From: a virus
Lineage: Duplodnaviria; Caudoviricetes
DNA: 56,627 bases
Strand: one strand, 5' to 3'
IMG/VR virus record: IMGVR_UViG_3300029822_000012
Coordinates: 1-56,627 of that record
The notes beneath the pieces were generated by a model. It made no database searches and was not told where the DNA came from. It saw nothing but the letters and a program-made list of their open reading frames with translations. Position numbers and translations under genes: made by a program. Position 1 is the first letter of the stretch. Every line of letters begins with the position of its first letter. This document shows positions 38,057-47,253 of this stretch, in pieces.

Positions 38057-40648
38057 TTATCTCATTTTTTCGTTATTGTATTCCTGGGCTACTTCAAACT
38101 CCGCGAACTGTATTTCACTATCATCATCAACAGTACCCGTAAACATGAATATATAGTGCCTGAATTTCATGCGTGCCATCAATCCTAAATCAAAGTCTTT
38201 ATAATTGCCTACCTTGGAAAACCTTATGCCTATCGCAGGTCTGAAGTTGACAGAATCATCCGAGTAAAATACAGACAGTTCAAACTTATCAGGATTACCC
38301 TCGGTCTCATTTACATTGAGCATGACAGCTCTCAATATCACTCTTTCGAGCTTCTTTATGTCGAGTGTGCCAAATGATAATGGCCTCGTGACTATCTTAA
38401 CCTCTGTAGCCTTTTTATCAGTCTGTGAGTAGTCTTTCAGCTTTGTTCCGGCGACAGTATTTTCACCTACCAATACTTTAGGATATGCATTAAAAACCAG
38501 TTGATCTATTTTTTCAGTAGATATGTAGAATGACTTAGTGGGTAGATCATACACGTAACTGTACGGATATTGATTATTGGATATAATCACTTCATCATTA
38601 TACGGGTTATATATCATATTGCTTACACCCGAAATATACTCCCTAAATGGTACGTCTGGATAAAGGTTTGGCACCGGAAGATCACTTCCATCACCGTTGA
38701 AAAAGTTTATTATATCATCATCCTCTCTAAGTTCTGGACTAATAAACCTCGTTTCATGCTGGCTTATCATCATCAGCCCCCTTTGTGTTACAAACGCAAC
38801 CCCGTATGGTGTTGGGCAAACTACATCGCTTATTGGGGCTTCCATGTAAGACGGAGCCTGAATGGATGCATGTACAGTTTCAGGTGTTTGAGCGGCCATG
38901 GTGTATATGCCATCAGTTGTGAAGACAAACACTGGGTACATTCCATAGTTACGATCAGTAACATTCATTATGATACTTGATTCATTCAGGATATCACCGG
39001 TGCCAATTTGATACGTGTTAGCCGGAGGAAACATAAATGGGTTGTTTACTTCCGACACTTTGATTTTATTTTTCTCTGTAATAGTTACGTCATAATCGTA
39101 GTGAGGTGTACCGCCTCCAACGTTAACTCCGGTTGATAATATAAATGGCTTTAAATCTGCATTTATAGCGTATGCCAAATTTAGCGATGGATGTGGAGAC
39201 AGGCTTACATCAAGAAGCAGGTACCAGTAGCCGGTTGCTCTTTGAGTGTATATCCGCATATTTGTAGCACGTGAATCAGGATACGAAATCATTGCTCCCA
39301 GAAGATTCACGTTGTCTGTAATGATATTTCTTACTACAAATTCACCATGATCAGTCTTGATGGTTGTATAAACCTGATATGTTGTTGATGTAGGAGTGTT
39401 ATTGGCTTCACCGTTATAAGCAGAACGCCACGCGAAATGCTTTATATTATACCCTTGGTATAGCCGTGTTTTTAAACCGGCAAGCCTTAGCCTGTTATTT
39501 AACACGGATACTTTGTCGGCAGTATATTTATGATGGGAAAAAGGATCATCGAGCATTAGCTCCTGATAAATTATATTTTGGAACTCCTTGCCTACCGTAT
39601 TTTCAGTGTTTGGAAATGTTATTGTTTTTGAACCGCTAAATTCGTCTTCACTAAAATAATGATAGAACAGACTGTTTTTTATTGCTTTATCCTCTGGCGT
39701 TTCATCGGGAGTTGTCCCCGGGAGACTTGAATAATACAATCTGTATATGTCATTTGAACCCCGATTCCAAAATCTTGTCAATAGATTTTCAGGTGACTGC
39801 AACCCGATATATGGGCTGACAAAGAAATCGACCGACTTGATGATATCACCCCATGCTGAGAGGCTCGAAAAATCATAAATCAGATTTAATTTATAGCACA
39901 TCAATCTAACTTCTGCAGCCGATCCATAACTTTGATTAGGGTGAGTTCCTGTTCTCGGCAAATATGCCGTAGCAACATATCTATACGCGTCTTGCGGCAT
40001 GACCAGAATGGGCTGTGAGTGCTTGATTACTGAACCATCATACAGCCTGAATGCATACCTTATAAAAAAAGAGTCATAAAAATAATTTGCTTGATTCTGC
40101 TCAACCAACACGTTAAGCAGCCCTTTTGTCATGTTATAAATTTCATCGTAATTATTCACACCCGTGTTGACGTTGTGGGTTGGATAAGGGAGTGTTTGAT
40201 TATATTCAGCCTGAAACGTTCTTGATCTATTTACTGATGCAGCGGTTGAAAACTTAACATCCGGAAGCTCCGGTATTTCACCCAAATAGCTGTAATTTGG
40301 GTGCGTGTATAAAGCATAGTATATTTTACTGTCGGTAATGAAAGAGAGAGTGTTACCGATCTGCTGTACAATTTTAACAGCCTCCGGTATGCCAGCCAAT
40401 AACTTTCTTTCTCCTAAAATATTATAGAAAACCTGAGAGTGGCTTACGCCTATCCAGTTTTCATAATTATTGCCTCTGTGAAGGAATATAATATTATATT
40501 GATGGGATAATGCTTGAAGCACTTTACGTGGCGCTACAGGCTTCTTGAATCCGTTCTTTGGCTTTAAATTTACAAGTGACCTGCATTCTCCATCCACAGG
40601 GTTTGAATGTGTTGTGTGACCTAAAAATGGAACTCTCTTTCTTGCCAT
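38057..40648 (-). CDS. Putative tail nozzle/DNA stabilisation protein (P22 gp10/T7 gp12-like)
   Basis: 863 aa beta-propeller-like; DGECRSLVNL, IKVSEVNNPF.FP, PVFVFTTDGIY, GVAFVTQRGL; start set at MARKRV. Confidence 0.65.
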   Translation of the reverse strand: MARKRVPFLGHTTHSNPVDGECRSLVNLKPKNGFKKPVAPRKVLQALSHQYNIIFLHRGNNYENWIGVSHSQVFYNILGERKLLAGIPEAVKIVQQIGNTLSFITDSKIYYALYTHPNYSYLGEIPELPDVKFSTAASVNRSRTFQAEYNQTLPYPTHNVNTGVNNYDEIYNMTKGLLNVLVEQNQANYFYDSFFIRYAFRLYDGSVIKHSQPILVMPQDAYRYVATAYLPRTGTHPNQSYGSAAEVRLMCYKLNLIYDFSSLSAWGDIIKSVDFFVSPYIGLQSPENLLTRFWNRGSNDIYRLYYSSLPGTTPDETPEDKAIKNSLFYHYFSEDEFSGSKTITFPNTENTVGKEFQNIIYQELMLDDPFSHHKYTADKVSVLNNRLRLAGLKTRLYQGYNIKHFAWRSAYNGEANNTPTSTTYQVYTTIKTDHGEFVVRNIITDNVNLLGAMISYPDSRATNMRIYTQRATGYWYLLLDVSLSPHPSLNLAYAINADLKPFILSTGVNVGGGTPHYDYDVTITEKNKIKVSEVNNPFMFPPANTYQIGTGDILNESSIIMNVTDRNYGMYPVFVFTTDGIYTMAAQTPETVHASIQAPSYMEAPISDVVCPTPYGVAFVTQRGLMMISQHETRFISPELREDDDIINFFNGDGSDLPVPNLYPDVPFREYISGVSNMIYNPYNDEVIISNNQYPYSYVYDLPTKSFYISTEKIDQLVFNAYPKVLVGENTVAGTKLKDYSQTDKKATEVKIVTRPLSFGTLDIKKLERVILRAVMLNVNETEGNPDKFELSVFYSDDSVNFRPAIGIRFSKVGNYKDFDLGLMARMKFRHYIFMFTGTVDDDSEIQFAEFEVAQEYNNEKMR

Positions 40649-40673
40649 TTTGCTAATTAATTTATTGTCTATG

Positions 40674-40717
40674 CAATGATATTTAATTAATAGCCGACAA
40701 TTGGTTGATAGGGTTAA
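40674..40717 (-). promoter_or_regulatory. Putative phage late promoter (nozzle operon)
   Basis: Minus strand TTAA-N2-CTATCAACCAATT-N22-TTG; overlaps an inverted repeat at 40700-40737. Confidence 0.65.
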
Positions 40718-40753
40718 ATTATACCCTACCAACCAATGAATCCTGTCGTCCAA

Positions 40754-41425
40754 TTACAAATCACTAATAATATTCGCGAGCTTGACCATATTAGCATCAT
40801 TGACACTAAGAAGATCTTCCACTTTTAACACGGCATTCCTAACTGAAACATGCGAGAATCCAAGAGCTTTGCCAATACGGGTATAGCTATTATGATGCTT
40901 GAATAGCTTCCACATCACAACTTGACGTTTATCAAGTGTTTCAGACTGCCGACTTCTGCTGTTTAAATCAACATCAAGAACGATTGATAACGTCTTCGCT
41001 TCTTCCCTGACCATTTCAATTAACATCTGCTTATCGTAATTCGATGACGTTACGTCAACTACATTATATTTCAGCTCCTTTCCCGTTAACATTTTTACTA
41101 TATTTTGAAGTTCATGAAGATATGACACCTTCACGTCGTGATACATCGAGTTTATCATATTTATATCGTCGAATTTATCCGAAATAGAAAATCCGCTCGG
41201 ATAGCCACCAAGCCAATACCTCCCACTCAATTTTTCAAACCCGCACCTCAAAAGCACCTCTTCGGTCAGTGGGATGGGGTCGAGTTCCTCCGGGAGATGG
41301 ATGTAGCTCTCTGTCCCCCCATCCCAATGGGTTTCAATCAGCGTTCTGCTCATTGATGTGACCACGTGTGTAGTCTGCTCGTACATCACGTAGTTTCCTA
41401 AACGCAGTTCTTTTTTATCAATCAT
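40754..41425 (-). CDS. Phage protein with C-terminal DnaA domain IV-like HTH
   Basis: N-half paralogous to 44192..44608; C-half SRSRQ..RQVVMW..SYTRIGKALGFSHVSV. Confidence 0.65.
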   Translation of the reverse strand: MIDKKELRLGNYVMYEQTTHVVTSMSRTLIETHWDGGTESYIHLPEELDPIPLTEEVLLRCGFEKLSGRYWLGGYPSGFSISDKFDDINMINSMYHDVKVSYLHELQNIVKMLTGKELKYNVVDVTSSNYDKQMLIEMVREEAKTLSIVLDVDLNSRSRQSETLDKRQVVMWKLFKHHNSYTRIGKALGFSHVSVRNAVLKVEDLLSVNDANMVKLANIISDL

Positions 41426-41610
41426 ATCAGTCTCCTTTTATCGTTTACCTGAACTCTGTCTAACTCCCCCGACTTCGCATAATGATCTAAAATCACTACC
41501 GCCACGTCGATAGCCTCCCCGACCTGCTTGGGATCGGGCTGTTTACCCGCTCCACCTCTTCGCCATTTGTTGTGCTTTTTTAGCACGTTTATCGCTTGCT
41601 TTATCGTCAT
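41422..41610 (-). CDS. Small hypothetical phage protein
   Basis: 62 aa HNKWRRG..GEAID; coupled to neighbours. Confidence 0.65.
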   Translation of the reverse strand: MTIKQAINVLKKHNKWRRGGAGKQPDPKQVGEAIDVAVVILDHYAKSGELDRVQVNDKRRLI

Positions 41611-41770
41611 AATTCAATGCTTTAAAAATCAATACTCCTAAACTAAACGGAAGCCATATCGGGGATAGGATCGTGAGAACCACATCCCAAAACGTCCACT
41701 TGTCATCCTCTTGCGCGGCTAAACAAAAACCCATGCAGAATAAAACGTATACGTAAATAAATGCTATCAT
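41543..41770 (-). CDS. Small membrane protein
   Basis: 75 aa, two hydrophobic segments. Confidence 0.55.
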   Translation of the reverse strand: MIAFIYVYVLFCMGFCLAAQEDDKWTFWDVVLTILSPIWLPFSLGVLIFKALNYDDKASDKRAKKAQQMAKRWSG

Positions 41771-41844
41771 AATTTATCTATTTCTTGTTTAATTATTATC
41801 CACTTCAATTATTCGTAAACGCCACGTTGTATGCAATTGTAGAA

Positions 41845-42042
41845 CTACATACCCATGCCATCTTGTAATGCTTGATATTGATTATAGTCGTAGCAATCTT
41901 GGCACACTATTTCTCCGTACATATCAAACTGCTCTTCGGGTTGTTCTATTGATTTTCCGCACATATAACAACTACATACAACACCAGCTATATCCAAGCT
42001 GGGTTGCAGTGGCGTATTTAAGTTTTCTGCTTTCTTTGTCAT
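41845..42042 (-). CDS. Small Zn-finger-like protein
   Basis: 65 aa, CYMCG..CQDC; starts within attC-like element. Confidence 0.55.
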   Translation of the reverse strand: MTKKAENLNTPLQPSLDIAGVVCSCYMCGKSIEQPEEQFDMYGEIVCQDCYDYNQYQALQDGMGM

Positions 42043-42106
42043 TTTGTATAATTTGATAAGTTTGTAATTCTAAATCCCATCCTGTACATAGCTGTAAACG
42101 TTATAA
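41976..42106 (+). other. attC-like imperfect palindrome
   Basis: ATACAAC (R'') .. CAGCTATATCCAAGCTGGG / CCCATCCTGTACATAGCTG .. GTTATAA (R'). Confidence 0.55.
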
Positions 42107-42204
42107 TCTATCTGTGTGAATTGATTACATGTCAGCTTGACATTTATCACACATCATTAGCTCACATCTTTCGCAAAATGTTTTAGTCTGTTTTGTCTCC
42201 ATAA

Positions 42205-42420
42205 TTATTTCTTTAGTTTTAAAATTGAATTCACGTCTATACTGCAACTCCCGCAACTCCACGGATCTTCCTTTATCACCCTTGCATTATCTGCCGCATC
42301 TTTTAAAGCCTGATTGTAGGCTTCTTTTACCGCTTCCTTAGCGTGCTCGTATCCCACATACTCTTTATCGTCACCAGTATGATAGAATGATAGGGCTTCC
42401 AATTTTTCAAGTGCCTTCAT
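42205..42420 (-). CDS. Small hypothetical protein
   Basis: 71 aa in packed early operon. Confidence 0.6.
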   Translation of the reverse strand: MKALEKLEALSFYHTGDDKEYVGYEHAKEAVKEAYNQALKDAADNARVIKEDPWSCGSCSIDVNSILKLKK

Positions 42421-42634
42421 TCTTCCTCTCCTTCCTGATTATTATTTCATCCTTATCGTCGTAATCCCAGCATTCGTCGCAATAATGCTTGTCTCCCTCG
42501 GTGTGCCAATACGTTCCTTCCATGCTTTTAATTGCGTCCTCCTTCGTGAGCCACCAGTCGTAATCCGATTCCGCTCCGCAAATTTCACCGCAGTTGTCGC
42601 ACTTGACCGCGAATATTTTCTTGTCTACTATCAT
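42407..42634 (-). CDS. Small Zn-finger-like protein
   Basis: CDNCG..HYCDEC. Confidence 0.65.
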   Translation of the reverse strand: MIVDKKIFAVKCDNCGEICGAESDYDWWLTKEDAIKSMEGTYWHTEGDKHYCDECWDYDDKDEIIIRKERKNEGT

Positions 42635-42659
42635 ACTTATAACTCTTCAAGTTCTTTGC

Positions 42660-42842
42660 TTATAAATGATCTTCTTCTATTTCCTCCCACGTAATACCGT
42701 CGAAGGTTATCTCGTTTCTGGCTCTATCAATGACAATCATGTCGTAATCGGGGTTATAGTGATTTTCGGTTTCAAACCATTCAGAGGAAAACGCTTGCTG
42801 CACACCTGTTAACGGATTTCGTGTTATTACTATGTACCTCAT
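42660..42842 (-). CDS. Small hypothetical protein
   Basis: 60 aa, coupled to ASCH gene. Confidence 0.6.
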   Translation of the reverse strand: MRYIVITRNPLTGVQQAFSSEWFETENHYNPDYDMIVIDRARNEITFDGITWEEIEEDHL

Positions 42843-43369
42843 ATCTCTTTCTCTTTAATGCAATCCGGCTCCTGCTGCCCTCCTTTCGTGCAATGATAAA
42901 AGCACGCTTCATCGCATTGAGGTGAGGGGTAATCCCAAAAGCTCAATTTTCCCTTTACATCCAGAATAGGTTTATCAAATAAGATCGGATCTGCTACTAC
43001 CCAGTTATAAATAGGTCTGAGTGGGTGTAATGCCAGATTGACCTCATAGTGTGATTTCTCAGCCCAAATGCTCTCGTGATTAATAACACAATCAACAAAT
43101 CGAACTGATCCGATGATGGAAGAGTATTGATTGCGTAACGCATAATATTTATGCAATTCTTTAAGTGGTGTATATCCGCAATGTAAATACTCAATCTGAA
43201 CATCATTGAGATAGTCTCCTTCAAGACCTTTCATTTTTGTTCCACTCGCATGAATCAACACCCTCTCACCTTTGTATTTTTCAGGTAATCTCCAAGTACG
43301 ATTTTCGATATCCTTAATTCCTGAGCATAGCAAATATGCCCAAGGCTGTTTGACTGAAATTACTTTCAT
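42839..43369 (-). CDS. ASCH domain protein
   Basis: MKVISVKQPWAYLLCSGIKDIENRTW..IHAS..IIGSV..KGKLSFW. Confidence 0.88.
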   Translation of the reverse strand: MKVISVKQPWAYLLCSGIKDIENRTWRLPEKYKGERVLIHASGTKMKGLEGDYLNDVQIEYLHCGYTPLKELHKYYALRNQYSSIIGSVRFVDCVINHESIWAEKSHYEVNLALHPLRPIYNWVVADPILFDKPILDVKGKLSFWDYPSPQCDEACFYHCTKGGQQEPDCIKEKEI

Positions 43370-43833
43370 AAATCCTCCATCTCTATCGGTCGCCAATGGG
43401 TAACATCTGTAATTTCATCATCATTAAGATCAGCCCAGTAGTAGAATCCTTCATGCTCTTCAATAATTCTATACCCAACGTATCTAAAGTCTCCGCTTTT
43501 AAGCAGGACTTCTTTGTATTGTTCCGGTAATTCCTGACTTGCATCACGCCACCTGAACGCTTCTCTATACCCCTCCAAGAAAAACGCCCCCGCGTCAGCC
43601 CAGTTAATTTCATTCCCCGGCTCCTCTTTCGCGAAACAAGCGTAATCTGTTTGCTTCGCCATTTTTTCTGCCCATCCAAGCGTCATTGTTTCTTTTCCTT
43701 CTGTTGCCATGATTTTTATATCGTTACTTTTACCCTCTCTTGCCTTGTCTCTGTCGGCTTTCATTTGCCTTTTAATATCTTCGGGCAAAGAGTCTTTAGC
43801 CTGTTTATCGAATGTTATGCAATTTATCTTCAT
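43366..43833 (-). CDS. DUF551-like protein
   Basis: WRDASQELP..VLL..VTHWRPI. Confidence 0.65.
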   Translation of the reverse strand: MKINCITFDKQAKDSLPEDIKRQMKADRDKAREGKSNDIKIMATEGKETMTLGWAEKMAKQTDYACFAKEEPGNEINWADAGAFFLEGYREAFRWRDASQELPEQYKEVLLKSGDFRYVGYRIIEEHEGFYYWADLNDDEITDVTHWRPIEMEDL

Positions 43834-43996
43834 GCTCTTTTTTCTTTATAAACCCCTCGCAATTTTCAGGGGTGAAATTGTTATGCCGGTACTCGTCAAA
43901 GGGAAGCCTATCCAGCCAGCGTGCGCATTTAGCGTGCTTCGGGCAGTCGTCTCTCCCGCATCGGGCGATGTCCTTCGGTAAAAAATATTTACTCAT
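43805..43996 (-). CDS. Small Cys-rich hypothetical protein
   Basis: DIARC..CP..CARW..CEGF. Confidence 0.6.
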   Translation of the reverse strand: MSKYFLPKDIARCGRDDCPKHAKCARWLDRLPFDEYRHNNFTPENCEGFIKKKEHEDKLHNIR

Positions 43997-44195
43997 TCTC
44001 CTCCATTATTTTTTCGTATTCTTCCTGCATATCCCTTTCGTATTGCTCTTCCATGTCCTTTTGCATGGCCTCGTAGTAATCATCAATAGATGGTCCTTGT
44101 GAATACTTCCGCTCCGCTTCTTCTTGTGCTCTGTTCCTGCAATACTTACTGCAGTACGAGCCATTGCACCACACGCCACACCAACCGCACATCAT
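43989..44195 (-). CDS. Small Cys-rich hypothetical protein
   Basis: MMCGWCG..YCSKYC; start set at ATG overlapping upstream stop. Confidence 0.55.
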   Translation of the reverse strand: MMCGWCGVWCNGSYCSKYCRNRAQEEAERKYSQGPSIDDYYEAMQKDMEEQYERDMQEEYEKIMEENE

Positions 44196-44608
44196 AACTT
44201 CACCTCCAGCTCTTCGCCTGTCGCGATAAAATGAATGTTTTGAAGCTCGTGTAAATATTCGATCTTCATTTGAATGTTCACGTTTTCGCATTGACAAGAA
44301 ATTTTCCATTCATCCATCCTTCTGAATACGGCCAGATAGTTACTTCCGCGATACAGGTCGTAATCCAATGTCGCTTCGTTATGTTCAAACCCGCATTTCA
44401 CAAGGACTTCCTCCGTGATAGGGATAGGGTTAACCTCGTCTGGATCCCATGCCAAAACATCAGTATCCTCGCTAAATCGCCCCTTTGTCTTAACCACGAT
44501 ACGCCGAAGGTATCCGGGGTAATAACTTTGACCCCTTAAGCTCATAACTGCCCCGTTGCCGTAGGGTGTGTTCACCCAATTTCCTAATCTTAATTCACTT
44601 GCTTTCAT
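44192..44608 (-). CDS. Hypothetical phage protein
   Basis: MKASELRLGNWV..PIPITEEVLVKCGF..YLHELQNI; paralogue of the N-half of 40754..41425. Confidence 0.75.
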   Translation of the reverse strand: MKASELRLGNWVNTPYGNGAVMSLRGQSYYPGYLRRIVVKTKGRFSEDTDVLAWDPDEVNPIPITEEVLVKCGFEHNEATLDYDLYRGSNYLAVFRRMDEWKISCQCENVNIQMKIEYLHELQNIHFIATGEELEVKL

Positions 44609-44610
44609 GT

Positions 44611-44878
44611 TTAATCTGTTTTTATGTACGATAAAATGTGTTTTATAACCTCGATGGTCCAGCCGTTCCCAAGCATTTTGTACCTCTGCGTATCACTCAC
44701 GCAGGCCGTGTAATTCCACAACGCTCCCTAATTGAATAGTATCGGGATAATTGCGTTGTGTCACCTGAATAGCGTACTTATCAATTTCACTCGCGTAATA
44801 TCTACTAACTTTTAACCCCGCTCTTTCTAATGCTTGTCTCCCGCAACTCATGCCGTCGAATAGCGACAATACTATCAT
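44611..44878 (-). pseudogene. DNA cytosine-5 methyltransferase remnant with large internal deletion
   Basis: Motifs I-III (VLSLFDGMSCG..SEIDKYA) joined out of frame to motif X (RYKMLGNGWTIEVIKHIL); no PC motif. Confidence 0.85.
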
Positions 44879-44969
44879 CTCATTCCTTTCATTCTAATCG
44901 TTTCTTTTCTTTCTCTCGACCTCTCCCTCTATTTTCACGAGAAAGTGGCGCAAAATTGATTTAAACACC

Positions 44970-46295
44970 CTAAAAAGGGGCTTCCTCTTCATGCCTTATC
45001 ATTTCGTTTAATTCTTTGAAGTGTGTTGTTTCCGCATCGAAGCTGCATATGAATTTCAATAGCCCTATATTCCTTCCCTTTGCAATGTCTATCATCGCCG
45101 TATCTTTCGTGGCGTAACTCTGAAATGGCTCGGGGTAGAATTTTTCATACAGTTCAGGGCGATAGACGAATACAACCACGTCCGCAGCTTCCGCTATCTG
45201 CCCGCTGTCTCTTAGCCTGTTTAAATTAGGTACAGGGTTGTGCATGTCCCTGTTCAGTTGCGAAAGAGCCAAAATCCAAATATCCAACTCCTTGGCAAGG
45301 TTTTTAAGCCTCCTTGCCACGTCACCCATTGCCTGTTCTTTATTCATCGTTTTTTGGTTGACGTTCAAAATTTGCAGGTAGTCTACCACCGCGCCTGAAA
45401 TGTCGTGCTTGGCTTTTAGCGACCTTATCGAAGAGATTATCTTGTCGATGTTTGAAGTTGAATTATCATCGAAGTAGATGGGGAGGTTGTAGATTTTATT
45501 TACCCCTTTGTCTACCACCTCGATGTAATTTTGATCCAACTTCGAGTAGAGTATTTGGCTTGAAGGAACACCGCTGTTCATCGAGAGCAATCTCGCCGCG
45601 CACTGCTCTTTCTTCATCTCCATCGAGTAGATTGCGACTCCCTCCCCGCTTTTAGCCGCCGTGTCCGATATGGACAACGCGAGTGAAGTTTTCCCGTTAG
45701 AGGTCGCCCCGGCTATGATTATTAAGTCACTCTTTTGAAGCCCTCCGGAAGCCCTGTTAATCTCTGAAAATCCCGTGTCCGTTCCCGTTAAGTGATTGCC
45801 CTTTAAATTATTTTCAATCTGCTTGTAAACGCCACTGATAGCGTCTTTGAGCGTGTGAACATCCGACGACGCGATCTTCTCGCCTATCCCTGATATTTCG
45901 CTTTGCAGGCTACTTATTAGCTCGTTGGTATCTTTCTCGCCGAAAACATCCGCCGAGACTTGTTTGCCTATCTGCCACAATTTTCTCCTGATGTACTTCT
46001 CTTGAATGTTTAAGGCGTGGTCATAGTAGTCGATTGAAAAGCATCCTGAAATATCTGCTATTCTCAATACCGCGTCGGTGTTGTTCCTGTGCCTCTCGGA
46101 TAAAAGAACCATGTCTGGAGATTTCCCCTTCTCGCTTATTTCGACTATATTCTCGTATAGCTCCCTGTGGAACGGATCGTAGAACATTTCAGCACTTACC
46201 ATCACGCTAACTTCCGAAAAGGCGTTCACGTCGGTCAATATTGACCCTATGACTATTTTCTCGCTGTCTAAATTGTGCGGTAGTATTTTATCCAT
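44970..46295 (-). CDS. dnaB: Replicative DNA helicase
   Basis: LPHNLDSE, AGATSNGKT, SMEM, VVDYLQ, LSQLNR, LRDSGQI, IAKGRN. Confidence 0.95.
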   Translation of the reverse strand: MDKILPHNLDSEKIVIGSILTDVNAFSEVSVMVSAEMFYDPFHRELYENIVEISEKGKSPDMVLLSERHRNNTDAVLRIADISGCFSIDYYDHALNIQEKYIRRKLWQIGKQVSADVFGEKDTNELISSLQSEISGIGEKIASSDVHTLKDAISGVYKQIENNLKGNHLTGTDTGFSEINRASGGLQKSDLIIIAGATSNGKTSLALSISDTAAKSGEGVAIYSMEMKKEQCAARLLSMNSGVPSSQILYSKLDQNYIEVVDKGVNKIYNLPIYFDDNSTSNIDKIISSIRSLKAKHDISGAVVDYLQILNVNQKTMNKEQAMGDVARRLKNLAKELDIWILALSQLNRDMHNPVPNLNRLRDSGQIAEAADVVVFVYRPELYEKFYPEPFQSYATKDTAMIDIAKGRNIGLLKFICSFDAETTHFKELNEMIRHEEEAPF

Positions 46296-46980
46296 ATTCT
46301 TTTTTAGCCCAATTTTGAAATGTCAAGTTCACGGAGACGTATTTTTTAGGAGCATCCTTGTAATTCGCCAAATCGGTTAAAACCTTTCGCATCTGAATCC
46401 CGTTGTATTTCTCCGTCAACCTACAATATTCCTCGAATGTTATCTGGTCTCTAATTTTTCGCAGGTAGGGGATAGTTTTATCTATCCACTCGTTGAATCT
46501 GTCGAACTCTTTTTCTTTGTCGGTCTTTTTCTCTTCGCTCGCATATGTATTATTCTTTTCATTCTTTACATTATTATCATTCTTATCATTATTGTTTGGG
46601 TCGGCTTGCGTTTGCGTTGCGTTCGGCTTGCGTTTGCGTTGCGGTTTCTTTGCGTGCGCTACCGTCTGATAATCGTCATAATTTAAGATAGTTACCCGTG
46701 TTGTAACCGTGACGCTTTCCGTGGCAATCATCCCGTCCTTTTTTAGCAGGTCGAAAAAACTCCTAACGGTGCTTTTTGATACCATCCAACGCTTTGCCCA
46801 GTTCTGTAAACTTCTCACGCTTTGACCTCTTTTGCATTCTATTAGTTGCATGCCGATGTTAACTGCTCCATCGGCATGATTTACCTCTAATAGCATATCA
46901 ATCCACCATTTGAGTTTTACAGGATCATCCCATATCCAGTGATCCTGTAACTTCCGATGAAGCATTATCCACCCTTCCAT
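46288..46980 (-). CDS. Phage replication initiation protein
   Basis: MEGWIMLHRK..RGQ..S wHTH N-terminus, internal repeats, upstream of dnaB. Confidence 0.82.
   Translation of the reverse strand: MEGWIMLHRKLQDHWIWDDPVKLKWWIDMLLEVNHADGAVNIGMQLIECKRGQSVRSLQNWAKRWMVSKSTVRSFFDLLKKDGMIATESVTVTTRVTILNYDDYQTVAHAKKPQRKRKPNATQTQADPNNNDKNDNNVKNEKNNTYASEEKKTDKEKEFDRFNEWIDKTIPYLRKIRDQITFEEYCRLTEKYNGIQMRKVLTDLANYKDAPKKYVSVNLTFQNWAKKEYG
46545..46643. repeat. Putative replication origin (iterons plus AT-rich tract)
   Basis: TCGGCTTGCGTTTGCGTTGCG at 46601-46621 and 46623-46643 next to TTATCATT repeats inside initiator gene. Confidence 0.65.
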
Positions 46981-46981
46981 G

Positions 46982-47206
46982 TTATGCTGTTTCTCTTCTC
47001 TCTTTCATGAACTCGTCGAACATTTCCTTTACTACCTCTTTGCTCGGGTACTTCTTATATCGGTGCTGGTCGTTCATCATGCTTACGAACCCGTACGCCA
47101 TATCCTCGTCGGCTTCGCCTATCTTCACGTATTGCCCCATGAGCGTATATTCCCCACGATTAAAATGAAAAGCATCTTGCACCTCGCTAAATTCAATGGA
47201 AACCAT
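46982..47206 (-). CDS. Small hypothetical protein
   Basis: 74 aa, abuts initiator gene. Confidence 0.6.
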   Translation of the reverse strand: MVSIEFSEVQDAFHFNRGEYTLMGQYVKIGEADEDMAYGFVSMMNDQHRYKKYPSKEVVKEMFDEFMKERRETA

Positions 47207-47253
47207 AATCGATTTTATTTACCCCGCCCACCTTTCGAGTGAGCGGGAATTGT

